Assembly: GCA_900088475.1 (NCBI GenBank)
Contig: FLMG01004307.1
Coordinates: 1-50,738, forward strand
From: Hyphochytrium catenoides
Taxonomy: Eukaryota > Protista > Hyphochytriomycota
Direction: 5' to 3'
DNA length: 50,738 bases
Part shown: in pieces, positions 35,916-48,719 of the stretch
How the letters are laid out: the number at the start of each line of letters is the position of its first letter
Position numbering within the stretch: position 1 is the first letter of the stretch
The notes under the pieces: model-generated
The model's database searches: none
The model's input: only the letters and a program-made list of their open reading frames with translations
What the model was told of the DNA's origin: nothing
Translations under genes and position numbers: made by a program

Positions 35916-36641
35916 CCCTCGGCCAACCTCCACTCACCCCGAGCGATACCCTGCAAAGTGAGGATCACTTCACACCAGCGAAAGCACGATGTTTACTCTT
36001 CTGATAACATCGGCTCCCTAATTCTTCTCACCAGAAGAAGAATCATGGCTTTCTCTGCAAGAAGAAGGTCAGGGGCAAATAGTAAAGAGCTTCATTCAGA
36101 GTTCCAGACACTCTGCAGATTCTGCTTGAAGAGATTTGGGCGGGAATGAAGAAGGGTATGACGAGCGCTTATAGTTATCAACTCTGATGATCTTTAATCA
36201 GTTTTTGGGTCTGCAACAGCTTCTGCAACAGCTTCTGCAAGTGGAGTATAATTCTGGGGTACCGAAATACCGAAAATAATCCTCAGTGTCTTCAGATTCC
36301 CATCGGAAAATCTTCGCTTTATTTATAAAATGTTCGTAGAAATCTCCGTATCAATGTTGATCTTCACGCTCTTTTATAGTTTGCACGCCGTTATAGTGTG
36401 GAGGCATGGTCATCCAACGAAGCTCAAGACTTTGACGCAGTAGGCAGAATGAAGGTAATGTCGGAGAGAAGGAAGTGGGAGAGTTAGCCTTCTTGGCGTC
36501 ACTCCGGATGCGTGTCGCTACCGTGATGAGTGCGGGAAGCCCGCGGTTTCGATCTAATGGTTGAGAAAGGTGCACCCTGCTGAAAAGACGTGGTGGTATT
36601 GCTCCGAGGCCTCCTGCAGAAGAGGAGCAACTTGAAGAACC
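35916..36641. promoter_or_regulatory. Putative bidirectional promoter between the divergent PWWP gene and INTS6
   Basis: 726-nt head-to-head interval without CT/AG microsatellites. It has an AT-rich core with TTTATTTATAAAA at ~36318-36330 and a short (CTGCAACAGCTT)n repeat at ~36211-36240. Confidence 0.5.
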
Positions 36642-39600
36642 ATGATTTTCGTCTTTGTGATTGATACATCAGCATCAATGAATCAGCGCTCATCCGGAGG
36701 GATGACGCTGTTGGACTGTGCAAAAAGTGTGACTGAGCACTTTATCAAGCAAAGGTCCAGGGATCCCCAAAGCAGAAGTGACAGGTACTTCCTCGTCACC
36801 ACCACGACGTCTCAGCCTCCAGCGGCTCTATTAGCGGCCGGAGCGTCAGGGCCGGGTGGCAATAGCGGCAGTGGACTCTTGCCAGATATGGCAGGGGGAG
36901 ATGAGCGTGGCTCTGAAGCCATCCGTGTGGGCTGGAAGGACTCAGGCAACTTTATTCAAGAGCTCCGTAATCTGACCGCAAATGACTTTGGCAGCATCAG
37001 CCATGGCTTGCGGTCCGCGTTTGAGCTAATGAACCAAGTCAGTAACAAACCTATCAATCTCTTCACCGACCATCGCGCCTTTAATCACCCTCAGCCATTC
37101 TCCTACCTCTTCTCCCCCTTGCCTTTCTTGCTTCCATGTCACCTACTGACTCTCAGACACTATTGCCGCCTTGACCCTTTCTCTCCTTTCAGTACCGGCT
37201 GCAGACCCGAATAGATAACTATGGACAAGGACAAAATCCTTGGTTTCTTGACCCAGCCGCCTGCATTGTACTTACCGACGGGACGGAGGGTGCAGGAGGA
37301 GATACAGCACGTGAGAACCTCGTTCTCTCTATGGGCAACTCCATCGGACAAGAGCTAACTCTGGAGCCGTACAGATGGGACCAGGTATTCCTTCTCTTCA
37401 TAAGCCTTCTCTCCTTCTCTTCTCCGTTGATTATCTACCCCGCTGTAAATATTTCAAGGACCTTGGCTCTCAGCTTTCTATATGGTTTGCGCTTTCCTTG
37501 CTTTTCATCCGAGATCAATGCGTTCGGAGAGATCTACTCTTTGCCCGCATATTTCCAATGTTACGCTCTTGTGCTGTGCATCCGATGTTTGGGCTCTCCT
37601 TGCATATTCCTCCCATAACCGTCCATAATTGTGCCCTTGTATCGCCTTACTTATTGCATCATGACTGGCCTTCCAGCGGGTGTTTTCTATCTGTCTCAAA
37701 CTGCCTGGCATCAAGACCTTCGGCCGTTTTAAGCTTCCAGATGCTTCAAAATCTCTGGTTGGAGGCCAACTCGCGGCCATACGCGCCCTCTGTGAAGCCA
37801 CTGGCGGTGTCATGATGATTGCTAATAACGTGCGGAACGCACTCCATAGGTGAGAAATCCAGTGCTCATCCTCTTCCCAGAGACAGAGAGCTCGGCTCTT
37901 CTGCTCTCATATGTCGCTGCAGCAGCGTTTGACTGTCAGCGAGAGAGCAGCATCTTGGAAAAGAGCAGGACCCACGGGTTTCGGACCCACTTTCCATCCT
38001 CGCCTCTGCGCTCCGAATCTTNNNNNNNNNNNNNNNNNNNNNNNNNNNNNNNNNNNNNNNNNNNNNNNNNNNNNNNNTCCATGCTCTTATCTGCGTCTGT
38101 CAGCTGACACTGTGGCTGTTTCAAGCACCTGCCAAGGGGAAGCTTGTGTCTCCTAAGTTATGTCAAGAGCTCCATTCGTCACCATCGACACTTGCTCACT
38201 CTTTACTTCGCTGCAGGATGTTGATAACGCCTTCGTAGTGGTTAGGTCAGCGCCTGGCAGGGACTTTCACTGGCCCATCCCAGAGCCTTTCTGGTTGGAC
38301 CGCAACAACACTACTCTTCCTCCCAGGAGTGCTCACCCGTCATTGATTGTGTTGAGGGCGCCAGAGGCTGCTGCCGAGGCTGCACACACATCAATGTCGC
38401 TCGATAGATTGGGCTTCCCTGCCGATAAGTATGAGCTTCACGCCAACCTCAAGGAGTTTCCTCCCCTCGGTGTCCGCTGGCCCGTATATGTTAGGAGTAT
38501 AAGACCTGAGGCCAAACCAGGTGCGAAGGATGGGCAAAGGGATTGAAAATAAGTCGCAGCACCTTTACTTAGGTTTTGACCGTTGTGCTTCCTTCTCCTC
38601 TGTCTTTACCGTTGGGACCCTTATGTGCTGACGTGGTGGCCCTCCCTGAGACTCGGACTAAGTAGAAAATGCTTCTGAAGGTTCTTGTGACGCTATTGGA
38701 TATGTGACGACCACCGCGGCGGCAGCAGGAAAGCCACCTGTCCTTGTGCTTGTTCTTCTTCCGTACAACTATCCTCGGCTCTTCTCTCTCCTCGCCGAGG
38801 CTGCACGCACGACAGAGACCCTGGGTTTGGGCGGACAGTGGCAGTTCCAGCCTTCGAAGTTTTCCGCTGCCTGGCGCCAAGGACTAAGCGCTTACATCAT
38901 CTCTACACCCACCTACTACTATGGCACGCTAAAGAAGGTGCTAAAGCGGTACAATTTGCATACCTTTGTGCCGGACTTAGCCGATGGGGGAAGAAGCTTT
39001 CAGGTAGGAGCCCAGAAGGCCGCTCTGTTGCTTCTTCCCTTTCCCACATGTTGTCTCCAAATTTCTGTGCTCTGACTCACGTCATCACCTCCTGCAGGTT
39101 AACAGCTACTTGATGCGGCTCTGGGAGATGAAGAAGGCAGAAAACGAGAAGCCAGCAGTTAAGGCTGACAAGCCTCGGCCTATGGACCTAGCTATAGCTA
39201 AGTTAGAGCCTACCTCGACTACTATCCAGAGCGCCTTCAGTACGCCTCTCTCTCTCCTTAGAGCTCGCTGTGCCGAACTTCGGCAATGCCTAGAGTCTAA
39301 GCTTCAGCTAGGCGCTAGCGCACCTTCTTCTCTTTCCTCAATGCCTTCCCCACTTATCTCTCAAATCACTTCCAGAAAGGCCGGCCAGTGGAGGGGAGAC
39401 TTTGGCAGAATGTCTCCGTCCCCAAGGGCAGTGAAAGAAGATGGAAAGCACTTTGTTCCCATAGGAGAGATGGGCAACTACCAGCCCGTTCTGTTGAAGA
39501 AAGAGGCACCTCGAGATCCTCTGGCTATCAATCCGGATGTTGACGAGGACACGATTGCAGGTCTGAGGAGGAGACAGCTGCAAGTGCACTTTGGGAATCC

Positions 39601-40962
39601 CTACAAGCGAAAGGAGGCAAAGGTGTGATAGACTTGGTGCTCCTTCTTCCTCATCAGCTGCTGCTCTAGCTCTGCAGACTCCCACCTCTTCGTTCTTAAC
39701 TCTAGCTTTCATTGCTTTCCACTCCATCTTACTCCTGGTAGCTCTACTCTCTCCTTTCTCTTCTTGACCATATGTGGCTAAAATGATCATCACCCTCGGA
39801 CTCTATCTCTCTGCCTTTCTCTTCCACGATTGGGGGTGGACGTACTAAACCTTTCCTCTTCCTAGACCATTCCCATTGATGGAGGAGACACATTAAAGGT
39901 ACGACTGCTCTTGCGCATGTCTTAGCCTCCGTCTATTCGCTAACCCTTGATTTAACCTCGTATACTCGTATATTTGTTCATTTCCTTCGCCGTCTACTTC
40001 TTTTCGTCCACGAAGAGCCCATTAAGTGACGATGAAGACTCCAGAGAGTCACAAAGCTCCGTGACAGATGGGGAAGAGGTTGGAGAGGCTGTACTTCTGA
40101 ACCAAGATTCTGCTATTAGGCGACAGAGAAGAAAGCGTCACCGCTCTTACAGCTCCCGTTTCCGCTCCTGGAGTCTCTCCTCTGACACCTCTGCTCCCTC
40201 TCCCCCCTCTCTCTCATCTTCTGAGGAAGGCACTCCTCCTTCTAGCCCTATTTTATCCGATCAGGCTCCGTCCCTCCCTTCTTCTGACGTGGAAATGGAA
40301 GATAACTTTACAGATGACGTCGCTAGCGCTTCAGGGCCCGAAGTGAGGCCCTCTCTCTTCCCAAATACTGCTGCCCCTCCTGGTGACCTTCCACTTGACC
40401 CTTCTGCGGATGGGAAGACGCGAGGAAGCCCTAGAAAAAGAGGAATACATAGTCCTCGCTCTTACTCCTATGAGACAAGTGCTACGTTTACCTATAAGAC
40501 TGAGGAAGATGTGGCGGAAGCATTGGCACGTAGTGGATCTCTCGCACAACGGAATGGAGAGATTCACCAACTTATCAGAAAAGCTAGGACCTCAGTCGCG
40601 GTAAGATAAACATTACTTACTTAGCATTCGTCCATCCTTCGCGAGCCACTGTGCAATCGCCTCGCACCTCGTTTTATACCCGGTCGTAGGCGTCTCTATA
40701 CCTCCTGGCGTCCATTTGCCTGGCTTTGCCTCCAGTAGACATCAAGGAGTTACTCCCGATCTCCTCTTTCTAACAATTTGGATGAACTCTCTAGGAAATC
40801 AATCAGATATTGGCGATCTTTTCGGACATGCAGACTGCTTTGGGGGCTGGCGTGGCCGTCTATATCTCTGCTGCCATTCGTCAAGCCTCCCATTTCAAGA
40901 AAACGAAGATCGTTGAAGCTCTAAGAGGATATTCGGCCAGACGAGGCATCCGTCTGGGCTGA
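36642..40962 (+). CDS. INTS6: Integrator complex subunit 6 (vWA domain, INTS6 core, C-terminal INT_SG_DDX_CT_C-like domain)
   Basis: Diagnostic motifs in order: FVIDTSASMNQR...LDCAK...RSRDPQSRSDRYFLVT, IDNYGQGQNPWFLDP, GQELTLEPYRWDQ|RVFS, LCEATGG, HWPIPEPFW...LPPRSAHP, VLLPYNYP, PIGEMGNYQ, HFGNPYK, and a C-terminal helical domain (IHQLIRKAR...AIRQASHFKKTKIVEAL). TGA at 40960-40962. Introns are GT-AG, and one N-gap (38022-38076) probably hides coding sequence. Confidence 0.93.
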
Positions 40963-41192
40963 CACCGTTCCTTCCATGTTTATATTTAAAGCTCGGTGAG
41001 AGATCATGATCTAATGGGTAATGTAGCTTAAGGGGTCCTCGTGGTCAACACTCGTCAAAGGAGAGTGTTCATGCCACTTGAGAGCATCTCTGTCACTCAT
41101 AATGTATATATGGTAGCTCCTTGTCCCGCGAAGAGCTTGAAGAGGCAGTTCTCTCTCACCTCTAACCAATAAATAGAAATCGCCATACCGGA

Positions 41193-43018
41193 TCAGAAGC
41201 TCCATATCGCACTCTCCTCTACAGGCAAGTCCTTTGCTCTCTCAATGACAGCATAAAAATCTTCTCCTGATGGATTCTCCTCACAGTATCTTCTATCAGC
41301 TTTCTCTCTGGCCCTCTGCAGAAGATGGAAGAAGCGGCACTCTTCTTTATCCAGATCAGGATGCCAGACGTCGAAGATCAGGACGATCCGAGAGCTCTCG
41401 AGATCGTGGTTCCACACTTCATGTTCGAATGAGTCGTCGAAGATGAGACACTTCCCTTCCTCCAAGAGCCGTCTCTCACCTCCAACTCTAATCTCACAGC
41501 CGCCAGACGGGACGACCAACGGGAGATGACAGCGTAACTTCTTATTCGTTGGGCCGTGATGCTTCGTAATATGTGTATTTGGAGCTAACGCAGAGAAGAA
41601 GGCGTGCTCATAGGCGTTAGGTAGAGAGCTGAGAGTGTGGACTGTCTCTGGGCACAGAGCTCGGTTCGAAGCGCAGTCCACATTGTGCAGAAAGAGGTAG
41701 AAGACATTCCAGTGCCCAGCATCATGTCCCAGTGAACCAACGCCATCCGACGCCTTGTGAGAATAAGACCGTTCGTGACATAGCGGAAAGAGCAAGAGAG
41801 GGAGGAACGAGGGAAAGAGAGAGGTTGGAAGGAGGGAAAGAGTCTCGAAGGTGCAGCAGAAATAGAAAAACAGAGATGACAAGAGCTGCAGCGCCAGTCT
41901 ATGCGGGGACAAGACGGAGATCTTCGAAGAGAAGAAAGCTTACAAAGAGAAGTTAACTCCAAGAGCGTGTGACTGCAAGAGCTAGAGCGAGAGAGAGAGA
42001 GGCCAAGCATGGGACAGTCGAGGATAAGTGGAAGAAAGCAGACGAGTAGCCAGAGAGTGGCCAACATCGATGCTTTTTTTGGTTCTTCACCTTGGCTCGG
42101 GCCCCGTGGGCTGGTCCTCTGTAAGGCTGGAAAGTCCTTTGGTCCGCTGTCTTCAGGCTGAGCAGTTCCACGCGGATGCTCTCAAACGCTTCTTCTACTA
42201 TCTGAACCCAAGAGAATTCCTTGCGATCCCAAAAGGGACAAGCTCTGAGGCCTGCAGATACCGATCAGGTTTGAGGGAAGAGAGCGAGAGAGAAAAGGGA
42301 AAGAGAGAGAGGATGAATGAAAAAGAGAGAAAGAGAGAGAGAGGGGAGATGAAGAACTAGCGAGAGACAGTGAGAGAGAAGGAGGGCGGAAAGGTACCAG
42401 GGATAAGTTCTGGGCAACCAATTTGCCAGCTGTTTGCCTCCAAAGGGATCCGTCTCTTATTCACTTCATTCAACAGCCATCCTCGCACCCGACGGCAAGT
42501 CTCTCTCTTCTCCTCCGAGCAGACAATCTTCTGGATCCACTGCAGCAACGCCTGTAGGGACAGAAATGGGAGGCTAACGAGAGGGAGACAGAGCGAGACA
42601 GACAGAGAGAGAGAGAGAGCGGCAGGCAGAGAGAGAGGAAGAAGAGAGAAGGAGAGGGGCAGAGAGCGAACGACGAAAAGAGGGAAAACGATAGAGAGAC
42701 AGAGAGAGAAAGAGAGAGACAAACAAGATGCGACTGTTGGGCCTCTCCCTTTACCTAACCGATACATCTAGGAGATGAAGAAAGAGGAGAGATAAAAAAA
42801 GAGAGAGAGAAACGCGCTACCTGACGGGGCAGAGGGGCGAGCATCAGCTCATCGAGAAACCGCTGAATGCCTGCGAAGACGAGCTCTTCTCTCTTCTCCA
42901 TCTCAGGCTGGTCCTCGAGGGTGCTGCTCAATGGGCTTCTCTCTCCCTGTTCTTTCCGTGTTGCTGCCTCTGCATCCTCATCTCTCCCGGCAGTCTCTCC
43001 TTTGCTTATCCGCAGCAT
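41193..43018 (-). CDS. Aspartyl/asparaginyl beta-hydroxylase (AspH/ASPHD/LpxO family) 2OG-Fe(II) dioxygenase, at least 4 exons
   Basis: WQIGCPELIPG|LRACPFWD...IRVELLSL...FQPYR, then WNVFYL, CPETV, AFFSALAPNTHITKHHGPTNKKLRCHLPLVVP, FDDSFEHEVWN and RIVLIFDVWHPDL, matching the AspH catalytic domain with its two His iron ligands. The 5' end is uncertain. Confidence 0.9.
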
Positions 43019-43437
43019 CTCCTTGACCAGGGGAGACCCCGACAGACTAGAGAGATATCAAGAAGAGAGAGAGGCAATGACGATGGAGCCAGCTCTCCCT
43101 CTTCTTATTGGCAAAAGAGAGAAGAAAGGCTCAATGACCTAGGGAGATGCAGATAAAGTGGAGGAATTAGGGTCTAGCGAGAGGGAGAGAAACAGAGAGA
43201 GAGAGAAACAAAGAGAGAGAGACAGTGAGAGAGAGACACAGAGAGAGAGAGACAAGAGAGAGTTGAACAGGTCCTAGAAGAGGAAAGAGAGAGAAAGGAA
43301 CAGAGAGAAGCAGGTTTTTTCGGGTAAGCCGATTCTAGGTGGCATCTGTCCGAGAATAATTGCTCCTCGAACCTTCGCACCACTCCAACTTAGTCATTAA
43401 ATTCTAGCAACCTTCGGTTAACATACTTGGTATCTAG

Positions 43438-43573
43438 TTATTTTCGATATTGTCTTATCGAGAAGACAAACTCTCCTAGATCTTCAACTTGAGAGAGATT
43501 TCTGGATCTTCCTTGAGCTGCCGCTGTCATCGCATCATCGCTGCTGAAATGAGGAAGAAACGTTTGAAGCAAC

Positions 43574-43611
<38 letters not shown>

Positions 43612-43776
43612 CACGCTCACAGAGACAGAGGCAGAGGATGTATCGGGGAGAGGGAGAGAGACATACATGTAAATAATGCGAGAAAGTGAGAGAGAGAGAG
43701 CGGCCGGGAACGAGAGAGAGCGCTGGAAGAGAGAGGGAAAGAGAACAGAGAGCGAGATCGAGCGATAGTAAGAGAT

Positions 43777-43807
<31 letters not shown>

Positions 43808-46193
43808 GGGAGGACATTGGATAGTGTCAGAAGTCGGGCCTTGGGCTACCAGTCCCGAAGCCCCGTCCCTCCTTTCAAGACAGCATCTGACCTCTTCATC
43901 GTCTCTGGGATCCCACAAGGGTGGCAGTTCCCCACTGGAGAGAAGGGAAGCAGAAGAGAGAGAGAGCCCCGGGAAAGAAGTTAGAACAGAGAGAGAGCTC
44001 CGCTAATAGTGCTTTGAGGTTCATCCTCTGGCACGTCAGGAGCTGGCGAAGAAAGAATGTGCCGCTGAGTGGGTTTAAGAGCTTAATCCGCTTGTGCTGA
44101 CGCATGGCTCGCCCCGTCCCACGTGTTACTTCTCACGCTTCAGTCTGGCCGCGGGGACCTGTCGCCTCTCTAATATGTGACTCTCCTAGCCTTTCTCTCC
44201 GCTTGCTGGTCTCTCCTTATCCTCTTTTCTTCCATTGCTCCTTCGTCGAGTCTGTTCCAAGGCTCTCGTTCGCTGCAGTTTACCTTCCAGATGGGTCAAG
44301 GGCTGAGTTGCAAGAGAGAGAGAAGAAGTACACATGGGCCTCTCATTATCGTTAGCTAGCAGTCTATGGCGGTACGACGTCTCTCTCCGATCGACACCTA
44401 TTACCTCGTGCTGATTGTGACGAGAGAGAAAAAGAGAGAGAGAGAGAGTGAGAGAGAACCACACACATACAGAGAGAGAGAGAGAGAGAGAGAGAAAACA
44501 GCACGGGAACAGGCGGAGAATCAGCCTCGACATCTCATTAGTGATCAGGCATGCGCTGGGCGAGTGGCCTACCTCAGATGAACTCAGACGGCAGCCTAGA
44601 ACCCCGTCCAGGTCTGTTGAATCCTCTTCACCGAGAGTCTCAAGGAAACGCCCTTCCTGACGCTGAGCCTGTGCGGAGAAGATATAAGGCAAGCTTGTGA
44701 GTGGATGAAGGAGAGAGAGGCGCAGAGACAAGAGAGAGACCATGTCCTTCTCCCTCTGAGCTCGCTGAGAACTGCAAAGACAACCGCATTCTATCAGCGC
44801 AGACCATTGCCCTGCAATCCAGCAACAAGAGAGACGGGAAGGAGACTGCACGTAAGAGGCGACAGACGCTGGATAGGCAGAGGACACGTGTTTGCTCACT
44901 TGAGACAAGAACACCGCTGCTTCTCCCTCAGCAGGTAACTAGACCAGGCGCAACTTCAAAGCTTGGCCTCCTTCCTTGCACGTGGTCAGTCAGCTGTGGG
45001 CCACAAACAGCACTCAGCGGGTAAAGCAGAGATAGAATATCAGGCGGAGGCTCTTCAGATAAGCACGGGATAGCGACTCAGCCTGTTGGAAGATAGAGTG
45101 ATATTACATGGACGTGCTGGCGCTCTGGAGACGGACCTTGATCTCTCTCGTCTCTTCCGTGGGAAGAGTTAGTGGCTCGAGTCTGTTATCGATGAGGGGA
45201 GCTGGCTTCAGCCTTTGCCCTAAGAGAGGGGCGGAGCTGAGACACATGCAGTGCTGGCACCTTCTTTCTCCGCTAGCGTCCAGGCTCTCACGGGCCAAGG
45301 TTGTTGGATGATGCTAAGGAAGAGAAGCGATGCCCCAGAGTGTACGGAGAGCCAGACAGGTAGGGAAAGGAACTTAGCGTCTCTTTGGGCTTGACAATGG
45401 CTGGTGATGAGAGCGCCATCTATGCATAAGACCAATAGAGCAGGATAAGGAGCTCATAAGAGAGACAGGGCTAGGACTAAACAATAGAGAGAAACCGAGG
45501 GAGGAATGGTAGAAGCGGCGCAAGTAGGGAACCTGAAGACAGCCAGGGAAGGAGGCAGCTGAGGACGCTCTTACTTCTTTTTTTGCAAGAAGTTGCCCGC
45601 ATCAAGACTCGAACTGGAGATGGCTGGGTCCAGGAAAGAGAGGGAGAAAGAAGGCACACAGAGAGAGAGAAAGACAGAGAGAAAGAGAGAGACGGTTAGT
45701 TGTCTGACAGGAGCGATGGCTGTAGGAAAGGAAAGCCACGCGAGAGAGTAGCCCTTACACATCTCAGCAAGACAGCGGAACTCCCTGTCTGCTTGCCTGC
45801 CCTCCAGATTATGCTTTGTCCTTGCTAGCGATAATCTAAGATCGCCTCTTTCTCTTCCTGTCAAGAGAGAGAAGGAGTTTGCTGGGTGAATGAGAGACGA
45901 AAGCCGATACCAAAGATCCGGCCGACGGACGAGTCGATGAAGAGGAGGCAATGACATAATTAGCACGACAAGTGCTTAGAAATCTGAGAGGACGTGTCGG
46001 AAGAAGAAGGAAGAACATCAGTTGCCCTCTGCATCATTCGGTCGGAAGGAGAAGGAAGAACATCAGTTGCCCTCTGCGTCATTCGGTCCTGCTCTCTTCT
46101 CTTCTACGTACCTCTGTCATCATCTTCTTCAAGCATCATACAGGCTTGCGTGCCTTTGTAGGAACAACAGACGGCCGTAGGACCCAGCGACAT
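43438..46193 (-). CDS. Poorly resolved spliced gene or genes, hypothetical protein
   Basis: Plausible minus-strand donors and acceptors (for example G|GTACGT at ~46110, GAG|GTAGGC at ~44570, CAG acceptor at ~44411), sense-strand (CT)n tracts and short open exons. I could not build one frame-consistent model or recognise a domain. Confidence 0.25.
45996..46088. repeat. 45-nt tandem duplication (2 copies, 2 mismatches)
   Basis: GTCGGAAG(A/G)AGAAGGAAGAACATCAGTTGCCCTCTGC(A/G)TCATTCG at 45996 and 46041. Confidence 0.9.
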
Positions 46194-46591
46194 GAGGAGT
46201 GGCGAGTGAAAGGGAAGCGCCCCGGACGAGAGAAAGAGAGTAGGAGAGGAAGGAGGAGAGGAGAAGTGCCCCAAGGCTCACAAAGAACAGTAGACAGAAG
46301 GGACAAATATAAGGCCAAGCAAACAAGGGGAAGAGCCCGAAGAAGACAGAGGCAGAGAGGAGTGGGATCTGTCGGATCGGGAGAGAAGAAGCAGAGCTAC
46401 CGACAGAACATGAAGAGCTAGCGGAGAGGGAAAGGGCGAGGAGACAAAGCAAAGAACGGACGATGACGACTAAGAGCACAGAAAGAAGAGCCATTCCTCT
46501 TCATAAGAACGAGCTCTTCTCCTCATAAATAAGTGACCTACGAGGAGAGAGACTACGTTCTCTTCTCTCTCCTCTGTCATTATCTTGCTGG

Positions 46592-47851
46592 CTAAGCGGA
46601 GGAAGAGCAGGGTTGCACCTCCTCGGCCTTCTTGCCGTCGACGTCGTTGTCCCAGAGTAAACCGTCGTTGTTGGGCCCTTCCCAGCACCAGTTCCTCAAG
46701 CCCTTCCAGCTCTCCTCAAAGATTTCATCGTCTCTATCCATCTCTAGCATGGCGAAGATGAGGTCTTCCACTAGCAGTCGCCTCTCCTTTTTCTCTTTCT
46801 TCTCTCCCTCTTTCTCTCTCTCATCTTCCTCTTTCTCTGCTGGTTCTCTTCCAAATTTATGCTGAGCATTGCCTTCTTCCTTCTCTCGAGCTGTCAGATG
46901 ACAGAAAGTAGACGATAGAGGGCTCAGTAGGGAAGCCAATGGAAGGAAGAAGGTGCTGTCTAGGCCCAGGTAGGACATCGAGGGACTCACAGCTTTCCAG
47001 AGACGAAGAGAGACTAGCTGCAAGTAGCTCCAGATCCCACGGAGACCTCTGGAGAGAAGACGAAGGACGGGTTGACTGGCCTTCCATAGTTTGCGTCCCT
47101 GTCTCTTCAGCTTCCTTACCATCCTTCTGCCACGGATCTTCACTCTCTTCCGCAGCTTCTTCAGCAACTTCATGGTCCTTTTCCCTACTACCAAGGGCGA
47201 ACATTCATCGGCGGAGGAAGAGAGAAGTTGGACCCGCAAAATTAGAGGTATGAGCCCATAGAGATGAAGCATCGAGGTGACGCTCCAGATAACGATCTTG
47301 AGGGCGCTCTCTCTGTTACCGATCTCAGCTATGATCAGCTCCATTCTCTCTTCTAGCTTACCAATGTCAGGGGAAAAGGAAGATGAGGAGGACGCGGTGG
47401 TACCAACGTCAAAGTGATAGAAGAGCGCTAAGAGAGAGAAGAACTCAATGCTCTTCACTTCTGACCCGGAGAGATAGAGCAGAGCACGCACTAGAAAGAG
47501 AACAGAGGTACCATGAGGAAGAGGCTTTCTGGAAGCGTCCACCGCGTAGATGAACCCAAGGAGAAGCAGCCAGTAGGCCGTGGGAAGAGCAGGGGGAAGA
47601 TCAGCTTGTTGCTGCTGCTGGGCGTCTCCATTTTCTTCCTGAAAGGTGCAGAAAAGAAGAGAGTTTGTTTGCGTCTGCCGCTGCGAGAGACATTCGGATC
47701 TTGCCCTGCTGGACCAGAGAGAACTCAGCCAATAGCCCAGGATGAAGTTGAGAACCAGCGTAAGGAGCAGGAAGACGGCGTAACCCTTCGCGGAAGAGTC
47801 CAGCATCTCCTTCTTCCTCACGTTTCTCTCTCTTAGTTCCCGGCGGATCAT
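46592..47851 (-). CDS. Intronless hypothetical membrane protein, 419 aa
   Basis: Uninterrupted ATG-initiated ORF with several hydrophobic segments (YAVFLLLTLVLNFILGYWL, AYWLLLLGFIYAV, IVIWSVTSMLHLYGLIPLIL), a basic helix and an acidic C-terminus. No family recognised. Confidence 0.6.
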   Translation of the reverse strand: MIRRELRERNVRKKEMLDSSAKGYAVFLLLTLVLNFILGYWLSSLWSSRARSECLSQRQTQTNSLLFCTFQEENGDAQQQQQADLPPALPTAYWLLLLGFIYAVDASRKPLPHGTSVLFLVRALLYLSGSEVKSIEFFSLLALFYHFDVGTTASSSSSFSPDIGKLEERMELIIAEIGNRESALKIVIWSVTSMLHLYGLIPLILRVQLLSSSADECSPLVVGKRTMKLLKKLRKRVKIRGRRMVRKLKRQGRKLWKASQPVLRLLSRGLRGIWSYLQLVSLRLWKAVSPSMSYLGLDSTFFLPLASLLSPLSSTFCHLTAREKEEGNAQHKFGREPAEKEEDEREKEGEKKEKKERRLLVEDLIFAMLEMDRDDEIFEESWKGLRNWCWEGPNNDGLLWDNDVDGKKAEEVQPCSSSA

Positions 47852-48306
47852 GGTCTCTTCGTTCTATGCTTCTCAAGGCAGATATTGCGCGAACGATGGC
47901 AATAGATGTCTCTCACGATGGGGAAGTTAGCTGTCTGCTCTCAGTAGGAAGCACAAGAGTAAACTGCTATGGAGTGAGATCTTTTCGTGGGTTCTTACGG
48001 CCGTCCTGACGATTGACGGGCCTTCGAAGTGAGATGTCGTGCCTGCTGGCGACGCTTCGACGGAGATAGCGGCGCGCGAGGGCGCAACGGCATTTCTCTT
48101 TTCCGTTTAGTTTCCTTGCTGTTGCAGGGTACAAATAGAGTGCTTTCTTCTCTCATAGAAGGACGGTGTAGTGGGCTGGGTGTGATATATATCTGCTGTC
48201 TCCGACCATCGATTGGGGCTGAAGCTATGTGATGATGATGNNNNNNNNNNNNNNNNNNNNNNNNNNNNNNNNNNNNNNNNNNNNNNNNNNNNNNNNNNNN
48301 NNNNNN

Positions 48307-48332
<26 letters not shown>

Positions 48333-48340
<8 letters not shown>

Positions 48341-48573
48341 CAAAGACAAAGGGAGCAAAGACAGAAAATAGAGAGAAGGAAAGTGGACAAGGAAAGACAA
48401 AGAGAGAGGGAAGACGGGGAGACAGATGAGAGACGCAGTGAGGAGAGAGAGAGACAAAGAGAGAGACAAAGACAAAGACAAAGAGAGCAAAGACAGAAGA
48501 TAGAGAGAAGAAAAGTGGGCAAGGAGAGACAAGAGAGAGGGAAGACGGGGAGACAGAGGAGAGACGCAGTGAG
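48333..48573. repeat. Imperfect ~125-nt tandem duplication inside an (AG)-rich low-complexity tract
   Basis: GAGCAAAGACAGAA...AAAGTGG...GAGAGAGGGAAGACGGGGAGACAGA...GAGAGACGCAGTGAG occurs twice, between two N-gaps. Confidence 0.75.
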
Positions 48574-48719
48574 ACAGAGAGAGAGAGAAAGAAGAAAAAG
48601 AGAAAAAAAAAGAGAGAGAGNNNNNNNNNNNNNNNNNNNNNNNNNNNNNNAGAGAGAGAGAGAGAGAGAGGCGCGAGAGAGAGACGAGCGAAGGAAGACG
48701 AAGACCTAAAGGAGCGTCT

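Noticed and set aside
4622-48709. Many ORF-track entries made of (RE)n or (SL)n
   Set aside because: These are translations of (AG)n/(CT)n microsatellites, which lack stop codons. Most lie in introns or antisense to real exons.
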